The position numbers and the translations under genes are program-made. From positions 246,016,001 to 246,080,000 of the forward strand of contig OZ024743.1 of assembly GCA_964016885.1 (NCBI GenBank): a DNA stretch of 64,000 nucleotides, given 5' to 3'. This document shows positions 55,801 through 64,000 of this stretch, piece by piece. The notes under the pieces are model-generated. The model worked only from the letters and a program-made list of their open reading frames with translations. It did not search any database and was not told where the DNA came from. Origin of the DNA: Eledone cirrhosa. Taxonomy: Eukaryota. Each line of letters opens with the position of its first letter. Position 1 is the stretch's first letter.

Positions 55801-58800
55801 ATAAAATAACATTCCAAAAACAGCTATAGTTACGCCATTTGGGTCATTTGAGTTTTTGACCATGCCGTTCGGATTAAGGAATGCCGCTAGTACTTTTCAG
55901 CGGTTTATGGATGAGGTTACTCGTGGCCTCGATTTCGTCTATACATATATTGACGACCTGCTCATTGCTAGTTCTTCTCAAGAACAACATACGCACCATT
56001 TAATTCTTCTTTTCCGCCGATTGAAGGCATATAACGTGCAGATTAATGCACCCAAATGTGTTTTTGGTGCTAAGTCACTGACTTTCTTGGGTCACGTCAT
56101 CGATGCTGACGGTATTCGACCCCGGCCTGAGCGAGTTAAGGTCATAGAGGATTTGCCTGCACCGACCTCACTACGTCAGTTACGCCAGTTCTTAGGCCTG
56201 ATCAATTTTTATAGGCGTTTCGTGCCAAATTGTGCGAGATTGCTTTTCTCCCTGACGGAAATTTAAAAAAATTGCTGGAAGAAGAATACAGACATTTCTT
56301 TAACCGAGACTCAACTTGCTGATTTTCAGCACGCCAAAACTGCTTTGGCTAATGCTTCTTTACTGGCTCACCCGGTACCCGGTGCAAAGCTAACGCTTTG
56401 TGTTGATGCATCGGATATCGCTGTGGGCGCAGTGTTACAACAAAACATCAATGGTTACCAGCAACCGCTGGAGTTTTTTCCCAGAAAAATAAAATCTGCT
56501 GAGACGCGCTACAGCACCTTTGGAAGGGAGCTTTTAGCCATCTATTTAGCCGTGAAACATTTTTCACATATGCTAGAGGGTAGACTATTTACTATCCTCA
56601 CTGACCATAAACCATTAACTTTTGCGTTGTGAGCGAAGGCTGATTTCATCTCGCAATATACGAACGATATCCAACACATTCCGGGTTCACTGAATACAGC
56701 GGCCGATGCTTTGTCCCGCTTACCCGTGACAGCGATCTCGTCATCCTCTGACATAGATCTGACTCGTTTGGCTGCGGATCAGCCTCCCCTTGAGTCATTG
56801 GATGTTACATCGCCTGAGTTTGCGAATTGCGAGATGAAATACTTGCCTCTGTCGACTGCAGTTGGCCAAATTCTCTGCGACGTCTCTTTGGACGTGCCTA
56901 GGCCCTTCGTTCCAGAGAATCATCGTCGGACCGTGTTTCTGGCATTACATAGTTTCTCACATCCAGGATCTTCTGCCACAGTAAAGCTCATATCAGCTAG
57001 ATTTTTCTGGCCAAATATGAGGCTTGAAATTGCTGCTTGGTGCCGTTCCTGCGTCGCTTGCCAGAAATCAAAGGTCCATCGACACGTCAAGGCTCCCCTG
57101 GGTACCTTTACTAACCCAGATGCGCGTTTTTCGCACATTCACATTGATATAGTGGGACCTTGGCCTGTCAGCGACGGTTATTCTTATCTGCTGACTATAG
57201 TTGACCGTTTTTCGAGATGGCCTGAAGCCATCCCCTTGAAAAACATCACCGCTGAGAAAACAGCATGTGCTCTTGTGTCTGGATGGATCTCTCGTTATGG
57301 AGTTCCATCCACAGTAACTACCGACCGTGGACAACAGTTCGAGTCGAGCCTTTTCCTCGAACTGTCAAAATTAATTGGTGCTAAACACATCAGAACTACG
57401 GCGTACCATCCCGCTTCGAATGATATGGTGGAGCGTTTTCACCGACAACTGAAGGCCTGTACTATTAGGGATTCGGTCAATGGTGAAGGTCGACTTTGGA
57501 TTTTCACCGGCCGAAGTACTGTACGGTGCCCCTCTGACGCTGCCCGGGCAAATGCTTGCCCCTATCGATCTTGATGCCCAAGATCACGCTTCCTACGTGT
57601 CCCGTTTGCGCTCCTATTTCCAGGATTTGCCGCCAATGGACACTAGGAAATAAACTGTCAAAACTGCTGTCCCGAGGGATGTTGCCTCGTGGACGCATGT
57701 CTTTGTAAGGAAAGATTCTGTGAAGCCCCCGCTCACACAGCCTTACACTGGACCTTACTGTGCCTTAGCGCGCTCGGCTAAGCATTTCACTCTAGATATT
57801 AAAGGGTCCAGGGAGACAGTTACAATAGACAGGATTAAGCAGGCACATCTGGACACGGACGCTGTGGTTCCTGATCCACGAACCCCTTCGTATTTGCCTG
57901 TTGAGCGAACGCCTGTTCCTGAACCACGATCATCGCCTGTTCCTACACCACCACCATCACCACGTTACAAGACCATGACCCGTTCAGGTCGTAGGGTCCA
58001 CTGGCCCAAAAAATTTTGCAGCACCGTCTATATTTAGACTGTGTTAGCTGTACCTTTTTTTTTACTTCTGTGTTTCTGCTTTTTTTTTTGCCTTTTTTTA
58101 TGCATGCATGTTTTTTAACATTTTTCAAATCCTTATTCTGGATTTAACGATTGGTAGAGCGAATAGCTCTCCCTTGTTGCATTGTTCACCATCTTACTCC
58201 ACGTGTGAGTAATAACATCGAATTTCGATGATTTCAAAATCTGGCAGGGGATACTGTAGTAAGACGCCTTACGCCCCCCCTGTCGGATAATGGACCAGGC
58301 CTAGTTGTCTCCCCCTGGTTGAGAACACTATTTAAGTAAGCAGCAGTATTACTTTCTCAGACAAGCCACGGAGACAGCAAACAGCAGACGGCCTTTGTAC
58401 CACGAAACAGCAGACAGCCTTTGGACCACGAGATCACACAGATGTCAATACACTGAACTCCTATGCCGAAGCCACAAGGATAGTGTTGGCCGAGCACTGG
58501 CTCATAACTGATTTCACTTTACTGGTCCCGTCACATTGGTGACCCAGACGTGGGCATTACATTGGTGACCCACGACAAGGATTCTTCATTAGCATAAGGT
58601 TTTATCCACATGTGTGCCACTAGAAAAAGACCCAGTTTAGTAACAAGTATGATATATATATTCACATATTAATACAATATGTTTGTCCACAATAATGTGT
58701 GCCAGTAGGACAGATCTCAGTCCTTTACTAGTGGACAGTAGCAGATATATTTACATATTAACACAATATATTTGCCCACAACATTTGTACCACTATGGTA

Positions 58801-61086
58801 GGTCTCAGTCATCTGTTATATAAGATATATCCACATCTTAACACAATGCATGTACCACTAGGACAGGCCTCAATCCTCTACTTGTGCTAACTTCAAAGTA
58901 TATCTACTTTACCTTTTCATTATCATATTTCATATGAAATACATTGTATATGGATTATTTAATGAAGAACTTAAATGGAGGGATTTACTAAAATTAATAA
59001 TTATTTCGTTATTAAGATGTTGCTTGTAACATAACTCAATAAAATGTTCTATTTCAAAACATTAGTTATAATAGGAACCCTTTAAAATGAGTGGTTTTGT
59101 TGCATAGCACCATAGGTAGTTCTGTGCAGGTTAGTATCAAAAGGGTTAAATTTATATTTGTCCATGTGTATACCAGTTGGATATCTTTTGTTCCTCTTTT
59201 TATGGCAAGAATAAGGTATACCTACATATAAACAATATTAGCAAGCCTGGTAAACTACAGGACATAAACAAACAATGTAAACATACGCTCATACATGGTG
59301 CACTGCTGCACAGTTTCCACATACCAAAATTTCACTCACAAAGCATTGATCAACCTTAGGCTATAGTAAAAGAGACTTGCCCAAGGTTCCACACAATGAA
59401 AATGAACCTGAAACCACATGGTTGTGAAGCCAAATCCTTAACCTCACAGCCTACCAATATATTAGTCCACAACAATATATTTCATTAGGGCAGTGACAAT
59501 ATGTGTGACACTCAGTCAGCTACTATATAAGGTATATCTACATATTAACTATATATTCTCTACAATTAGGAGGGTGGATTGGCAGAATCATTTGAGCATT
59601 GGTATTCATTTGAACATTCTGATTTCAAATTCTGCTGATGTCAACTTTGTCTTTCTGAGGTTGACAAAATAAAGTACCAATCAAGTACTGGGGTCGATTT
59701 AATTAACTAAACCTTCCTCCAAATTGCTGGCCTTGTGCCTAGATTAGAAAGTATTTACTATATATTTTCAGATATTCAGTGACCTCTCATTGGTGTTCTA
59801 CGAGCCCCATGCCTATAAACTGGTTGATCCCTTCTCTACTACCTACCTAACTGTCTATAACCCAATATGGAGGCTTATATGAGGTTGCTCAACCTACTAA
59901 AAATAACAACCAAATCTTTCTCAAGTCATACCCTTTTTCTCCTTTTCATTATCTTCCTCCTCCTTCTTCCACTTATTCCTGGGAAGGTCATTGAGGCAGA
60001 GTTCTTGGACATGCCTTCTAGAGGGTCCTATCTGAAACAACTGCCTCCAATTGATCCATCTAGATCCCCAAGTGAGACCAACCAAGCTTATGGATGTTAT
60101 CTAACCACCTTGCTAGTGGTCTACTTGCCATTTGGCTTTGCTCATAAAATCTCTCCTGTGATTCTCTCCTTAGACATTCTAACCACATAATCAAAGTACT
60201 CGAACTGTGATCTCTCGATGTGGAAAAGTAACAGCTCTACCTGGAGTGATTCTCTGATGTCTGAACTAGGCACCATTCAGAGGAACCCCATTTCAGCTGC
60301 TTGTATTTGTGATTGGATTCTTTTGGTCATTATCAAAGATTCATGACAATATGTAAGGGTAGGCACAAACACCGAATTGAAAATTGCGTTTTTGGCTTTT
60401 ACACCTACCTTCCTTCTTCTGATGACCATGTGAAGAAATTGGCTCATTATTACACCAGCTCCAATAATTCACACCCCACCAACTTAAAGAATGATATGTT
60501 AGATGATATAGTCCTAGATATGCTATACTTGATAAGGAGACAGGTCACAACTGTAACATTTTAAATCATAGGTCTGTTGCATCAGGACTAACCTACAAGA
60601 AAAACAAGAACAAACCCATTATCTATCTAATCAATCTATTCTCTTATCCCCTCCATTATCATGTCTCCAGTCCCATGTGAATCATAATCATTTTATGTCT
60701 ACTTCCCATGCTGGCATGGGTTCAATGTGTTGCTAGTGTCCAAGACTAGACTGGTCAGGGAACCATATCTTGACCTCTGTGTTTCATATTTGGCAAGGTT
60801 TCATGTGAAATAGGGAACATGAGAATGATAACATGGTTCCCTAATCAGCAGATGTAAACTGATGATGATGATGATGGCCTACATGGGACTGAGAATATTA
60901 ACAAAAGTCTATTAATATTTCCATAGACACAGCCTCCTATTTCAACTGCGATCCCTTCTGAAGGATCTGAAGCTTTGAAAAACCCAGATGTTTCCAGTAT
61001 TGATCGGTTACTTCTCAAAATTATGGATCTTGTTGATAAATATTGGAATGGGGCCCAGTCACTTCATAGAAATTTGAAATTTAAAT
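14479..61086 (+). CDS. CEP72: Spliced CEP72/LRRC36-family centrosomal leucine-rich-repeat protein gene, 11 coding exons in window, 3' incomplete
   Basis: Exons join in phase with GT-AG boundaries into [145 protein letters not shown]..., matching the CEP72/LRRC36 N-terminal LRR + LRRcap as recalled. A later exon has the family motif [15 protein letters not shown]. 1219 coding nt; no stop reached. Confidence 0.9.
15790..16260 (+). mobile_element. 3' end of a CRE-clade (REL-endonuclease) non-LTR retrotransposon
   Basis: [29 protein letters not shown], the typical CRE C-terminal QRxSxAIxRGN motif. Confidence 0.65.
16797..18885 (+). mobile_element. Non-autonomous Helitron (composite)
   Basis: A|TCTATATATATAAAA 5' end; 3' hairpin CCCG-AGCAACAC-CGGG then TCTGCTAG|T; contains CRE, SINE and microsatellite pieces. 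Confidence 0.75.
17200..17520 (+). mobile_element. Second CRE-like 3' fragment nested in the Helitron
   Basis: [19 protein letters not shown], and 3' UTR similar to 16030-16140. Confidence 0.65.
18990..19650 (-). mobile_element. R4/Dong-like LINE fragment (CCHC finger + REL endonuclease)
   Basis: [38 protein letters not shown]. Confidence 0.75.
21130..22749 (-). mobile_element. 5'-truncated RTE-group LINE (second family), RT domain, 10 bp TSD
   Basis: [56 protein letters not shown]; one frameshift near 21640; (GAT)n tail; TCTATGATCA at 21120-21129 and 22750-22759. Confidence 0.92.
25148..25345. mobile_element. pogo/Tc2-like MITE with TA TSD
   Basis: TA|CCATATATACTCAAATATAAGCTGA ... TCAGCTTATATTCCTATATATACAG|TA. 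Confidence 0.65.
27050..27177 (+). CDS. CEP72: CEP72-like exon 2 ([42 protein letters not shown])
   Basis: tttgtag| acceptor, |GTAAGT donor, LRR motif LDLSRN. Confidence 0.93.
27764..27801 (+). CDS. CEP72: CEP72-like exon 3, 38 nt ([13 protein letters not shown])
   Basis: ttgcag| acceptor; donor |GTATCCTTT (U12 consensus); LRR continues into exon 4. Confidence 0.9.
27802..28790 (+). other. U12-type (minor spliceosome) GT-AG intron, 989 bp
   Basis: 5' splice site GTATCCTTT; branch motif TCCTTAA at 28770-28776 about 14 nt before ccag|; no polypyrimidine tract. Confidence 0.88.
28791..28945 (+). CDS. CEP72: CEP72-like exon 4 ([14 protein letters not shown]...[26 protein letters not shown])
   Basis: LRRcap motif NPV..DPDYRL...LPNLQKLD; donor G|GTATGT. 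Confidence 0.93.
29967..30177 (+). mobile_element. Intact piggyBac-like MITE
   Basis: TTAA|CCCTTTAG...CTAAAGGG|TTAA. Confidence 0.8.
30346..30489 (+). CDS. CEP72: CEP72-like exon 5 ([19 protein letters not shown]...[14 protein letters not shown])
   Basis: ttttcag| acceptor; tandem donors G|GTAAAG at 30483 and 30489, same phase. Confidence 0.88.
31665..32478 (+). mobile_element. 5'-truncated RTE LINE with 3' UTR
   Basis: [10 protein letters not shown]...[10 protein letters not shown]; nearly identical to the family at 1-925. Confidence 0.9.
33930..34052 (+). CDS. CEP72: CEP72-like exon 6 ([15 protein letters not shown]...SSIEEYSFE)
   Basis: ttttacag| acceptor, G|GTAAGC donor, phase 1-1, open frame. 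Confidence 0.8.
35905..36195. repeat. Diverged pentamer-based satellite (GGATCAGACC-like)
   Basis: Tandem GATCA/GATCG/GACTG/AACTG units. Confidence 0.8.
36830..37500 (+). mobile_element. 5'-truncated RTE LINE
   Basis: [30 protein letters not shown]; (GAT)n tail. Confidence 0.9.
40590..40654 (+). CDS. CEP72: CEP72-like exon 7 ([21 protein letters not shown])
   Basis: ttttag| acceptor, |GTAAGT donor, phase 1-0. Confidence 0.7.
41971..42481. repeat. Minisatellite, 19 copies of a 27 bp unit (ATGCGCACTACGGACCAGCCTTCGTGC), between two about 100 bp direct repeats
   Basis: Units counted by eye; flanking repeats at 41821-41923 and 42521-42630. Confidence 0.9.
42713..43227 (+). mobile_element. Non-autonomous Helitron
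   Basis: A|TC start; 3' hairpin AAACCACCC-GAA-GGGTGGTTT then CAGCTAG|T. Confidence 0.7.
43283..43797 (+). mobile_element. Non-autonomous Helitron related to 16797-18885
   Basis: A|TCTATATTACTAAAA start, (TGTC)n, end CCCGAGCAACGCTGGG...TCTGCTAG|T. Confidence 0.78.
46757..46900. repeat. Compound microsatellite (CTG)n/(CTA)n/(CCT)n/(CTACCA)n
   Basis: Directly visible. Confidence 0.95.
47090..47410 (-). mobile_element. Degenerate RTE 3' fragment
   Basis: Similar to the RTE C-terminus ([15 protein letters not shown]-like) and tail. Confidence 0.6.
48475..48611 (+). CDS. CEP72: CEP72-like exon 8 ([19 protein letters not shown]...HQSYAT)
   Basis: tttcag| acceptor, |GTAAAT donor, phase 0-2, open frame, non-repeat sequence. 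Confidence 0.7.
49816..49898 (+). CDS. CEP72: CEP72-like exon 9 ([27 protein letters not shown])
   Basis: ttgttag| acceptor, G|GTTAGT donor, phase 2-1. Confidence 0.78.
51597..51821 (+). mobile_element. tRNA-derived SINE with 15 bp TSD in the exon 10 acceptor
   Basis: TTATTTCCATTTAAA at 51582-51596 and 51822-51836. Confidence 0.8.
51838..51959 (+). CDS. CEP72: CEP72-like exon 10, Gln/His-rich ([40 protein letters not shown])
   Basis: tttaaag| acceptor, AAG|GTATGT donor; phase 1-0 is the frame that bridges exons 9 and 11. Confidence 0.65.
52075..52935 (+). mobile_element. 5'-truncated RTE LINE with 3' UTR and (GAT)n tail
   Basis: [39 protein letters not shown]. Confidence 0.88.
53265..53523. 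mobile_element. Solo-LTR-like 259 bp insertion (TG...CA) within the 5' LTR
   Basis: Absent from the 3' LTR; flanked by ACAAT/ACAAG, duplicating the single ACAAG of the 3' LTR. Confidence 0.7.
54206..58037 (+). pseudogene. gag-pol of the Gypsy element, broken by several stops and frameshifts
   Basis: gag [27 protein letters not shown]; pol split over ORFs 54940, 55605, 55856, 56345, 56711, 57720. Confidence 0.88.
54952..54958 (+). promoter_or_regulatory. Predicted -1 ribosomal frameshift slippery site G GGA AAC at the gag-pol junction
   Basis: In gag frame (AAG GGA AAC); pol frame overlaps and is open across the site. Confidence 0.65.
60927..61086 (+). CDS. CEP72: CEP72-like exon 11 (TQPPIST...[26 protein letters not shown])
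   Basis: ttccatag| acceptor, T|GTAAGT donor; DLVD.YW.G..SLH motif of CEP72/LRRC36. Confidence 0.88.
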
Positions 61087-62024
61087 GTAAGTATCATATT
61101 TCTAATGAAATACTCTGCCTATAATTTTCAAAAACATTTGAAAATATAAATTTGGTGGTATCTAGTACTTTCTCATTATTAAGCTAGTAATTGTAATATA
61201 ATTTAACAAAGGTTTTTACATAGAACTATAATTGAAGGTTTTTTAGATAAGGTCCAGTCCCTGGCTAGCCCTATAATGTACACCCCTTTTCCTAGTTATG
61301 TACACCATTCTCCCAAATAAAATCATTTCAGCTGACAAACCTAGTCTTTGACACTTGCTCTAACCACACAAAGAAAATTACTAAGTTTGCAGGTTTTACT
61401 ACACTGTCCACATTCCCCGATACCAAATCATGTCACAGATCACAACACCATATGACTTTCTTCATCACTTTGCATATTTCCTCAACATTGCTAAATAGCA
61501 GAGTTATTTAGTGATTAATTAATTGATCATAGGAAATTATATATTCAATTATACAGATTCGTATAAAACTGATCCTTTAAGGTTCAGTAATGTGCCTATC
61601 TAAGGCATGTCATCTATTGGGAGATTCTTATTCAATCTAATTATTTTATTTTGTGTGTATGTGTATATTCGTTATAGAATAGGTACACTATAGCCCCTCA
61701 TTTTGTAAGGTGACTAAACAGGTTTTGTATCAGGAAGGGCATCCAGTTGTAAAACATTGCTTCAAAAAGGATCCCTATGATGAATATGAAGCATATCATG
61801 TTTTTTTTGTTTGTTTGTTTTTTGTGGGTAGGGGAATGGTCATAAAACAATTGTTTTTATTTGTTTAGTAAGTGGAAGCCTAATGTTTATAAAGTGATTT
61901 TGGTGACATAATATCTTTGAGGTAACTATGAGATGACCAGAGAATAAAGGGCATAGCATGTCATGACTTTGAACATTTTACTTGCAAGCATCGAAAGTAG
62001 GCATTAAACGGTGATGATGATCAA

Positions 62025-62980
62025 GGTCCCACTGGATTATATCTCCTTCAACCGCCCAGATGGTTCTATAGAAATAGTAGACACCTTCTGTTACCTGGGT
62101 GACAAAATCAGCAATGGAGGAGGGTGCTCTGAAAGTGTAGTAGCAAGAGTTAGAACGGGATGGAAAAAATTCAGAGAGCTAATACCGCTGTTGGCCACAA
62201 GGGGTTTTTCTCTAAAAATGAAAGGCAGATTGTATGATGTATGTATACAAACGGCGATATTAAATGGTAGTGAGACTTGGGCATTGTGTGCTGAAGACCT
62301 GCTTAGATTAGAAAGAAATGCTCCGATGGATGTGTAATAGTAACGTGCGCGAAAGGCGAAGCATAAACGAACTAAGAGGGAGACTAAGGATAAGAGGTAT
62401 CAAATGTTGTGTTCTGGAGAGGAGATTGCATTGGTATGGACATGTGATTCGTATAAAGGACAACAGCTGTATAAAAAAGTGCAGGGCAATGAAAATTGAT
62501 GGAAACTGCGGAGTGGGTAGACCAAGAAAAACCTGGGACGAGGTGATAAAAACTGACCTTGCCCACCTACACCTCTCTAAGACAATGACACTGGATCGAG
62601 ACCTTTGGCACCATGCAGTTGTACAGAAAAGCCGACTACCATTGCATACAAACCTACAGTCAGTAGGCACCTCTTAACTCAATGTACACCCCACCTCTCA
62701 CGCCCTACCCCATCCTCTCTCTCCCATTCCATCCACTGTGTTGATGACACAACAGTCCACACTGTAAAGTGGCCATGTAGGAGACACAGTGAAAAGGCTC
62801 CCAGTCGACACTGTAAATGTGGTTGGTGTTAGGAAGAGCATCTAGCTGTAAAAAACCTGCCAGAGACGCTTCCGTGAGAGCGAGACATGGTCTCCTGACC
62901 ATTCCCGCATCAAATGGTACAAAATCGTCTAACCCATGCTAGCGTGGAAGATGGACGTTAAACGATGATGATGATGATGA
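62025..62980 (+). mobile_element. 5'-truncated RTE LINE
   Basis: [40 protein letters not shown]; (GAT)n tail. Confidence 0.9.
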
Positions 62981-63132
62981 TCTATATAAATAATTGTAAT
63001 GAATAAACGATTTATGTAATATCAGCATCTATTTTAATGTTATTCTTATACTGAATCTCCATCGTAACTACACTATGAATGTAGAGAGCTTTCTTCTATT
63101 CCTGTTTTTTACCAAAACAACTTTTACTGAAA

Positions 63133-63170
<38 letters not shown>

Positions 63171-63649
63171 GTGTGTAGAGAGAGAGAGGGAGAGACCATT
63201 AGATGTTGGGATGAAGCAACATCTAGTGGTCTCTAGTATGCACCATGCCCCATTTCTCCCACTCCCACATCTTATCACTCCATCCTTCACCAGCTAAGTA
63301 CCCCACCCTAGTCCTACCACTCCAATCCCCACCCTACATACATGCACCCCACCCCCACTTTCCAGTAGTAAATGCTCTCCAGTCAATGACGAAAACCTCT
63401 CTACTGTTGGTGAGCTACATGATAAATGCACCAAATACACTCTATTAAGTGGTTAGTGATAGGGAGGGTTTAAAGCCATTGTAAATTTGCCAAACAAAAG
63501 GTCAGGAGGACTCATCAGTTGTGTCATAGGTAACTATGAGATGACCAGAGAATAAAGGGCGTAGCATGTCGTGACTTTGAACAGTTACTTGTGTGTTATT
63601 CATATGTGTATATTAGGTGTAGTTGCAAGTGTGTGTTCTTTGATATATA

Positions 63650-63850
63650 TCATCATCATCGTTTTTATGTCCATTTTTCCCCACTTGCATGGGTTGAATG
63701 GGTCCTTCTCAGTACAAAATCTCTCCACTTGTCACTTTCCTTCATCATCTCCTCTGACAGTCTTAGGGATTTGAGGTCAGCTCTCATGACCTCTACCCAG
63801 GTCTTTCTTGGTCGTCCTCTACTGTGGCTTCCTTTAACTGGGATTTTTCC
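63650..63850 (-). mobile_element. RTE 3' fragment
   Basis: RGRPRKTWVEV..ADL and (GAT)n tail. Confidence 0.7.
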
Positions 63851-64000
63851 CTACTAGCAAGGGTTAGATGGATCACAACAGACCAAGTGAGTACTCAAGC
63901 AGAGCTACTAACTTCTCAGATGGACCTAAGCCTTTCATCTCACTTGCATATGTTACCACACTCTACCAAGTGCTCAGATGAGCTAAGGGACCACATGTCA

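Larger units (their letters stand above)
52948..58596 (+). mobile_element. Full-length degenerate Ty3/Gypsy LTR retrotransposon in intron 10
   Basis: LTRs 52948-53545 and 58255-58596; AGGT TSD; PBS near 53547; PPT near 58243-58251; gag then PR (LVDTGA), RT (YIDDLL), RNase H (VDAS, RELLA, TDHKPL), IN (HPG..C..C, HIDIVG, TDRG). Confidence 0.95.

Noticed and set aside
61921-63590. About 60 bp direct repeat at 61921 and 63529 as LTRs
   Set aside because: No TG..CA, PBS or TSD; looks like dispersed LINE-tail fragments

Overview
Eukaryotic, AT-rich, repeat-dense animal DNA. The repeat content (RTE LINEs with (GAT)n tails, tRNA-derived SINEs, TTAA-flanked MITEs) suggests a mollusc, probably an octopus; this is an inference. 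One spliced protein-coding gene is on the + strand: a CEP72/LRRC36-family centrosomal LRR gene. I assembled 11 phase-consistent coding exons (14479-61086, about 406 codons) and the gene continues beyond the window. Its third intron is a U12-type (minor spliceosome) intron. Almost everything else is transposon-derived. This includes a C-rich Penelope-like element with a degenerate hammerhead ribozyme, two other Penelope fragments, many RTE fragments, CR1/L2, R4/Dong and CRE LINE pieces, and a full-length degenerate Ty3/Gypsy element. The Gypsy has TG...TA LTRs, a nested solo LTR and PBS-like motifs inside its LTRs. There are also three to four non-autonomous Helitrons, MITEs, a nested TIR complex at 5.2-7.9 kb, and a 19 x 27 bp minisatellite carrying NRF1-like motifs. 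I found no CRISPR, rRNA or true tRNA genes. Most listed ORFs are antisense shadows of TEs or microsatellites. All assignments were made by eye without database searches.
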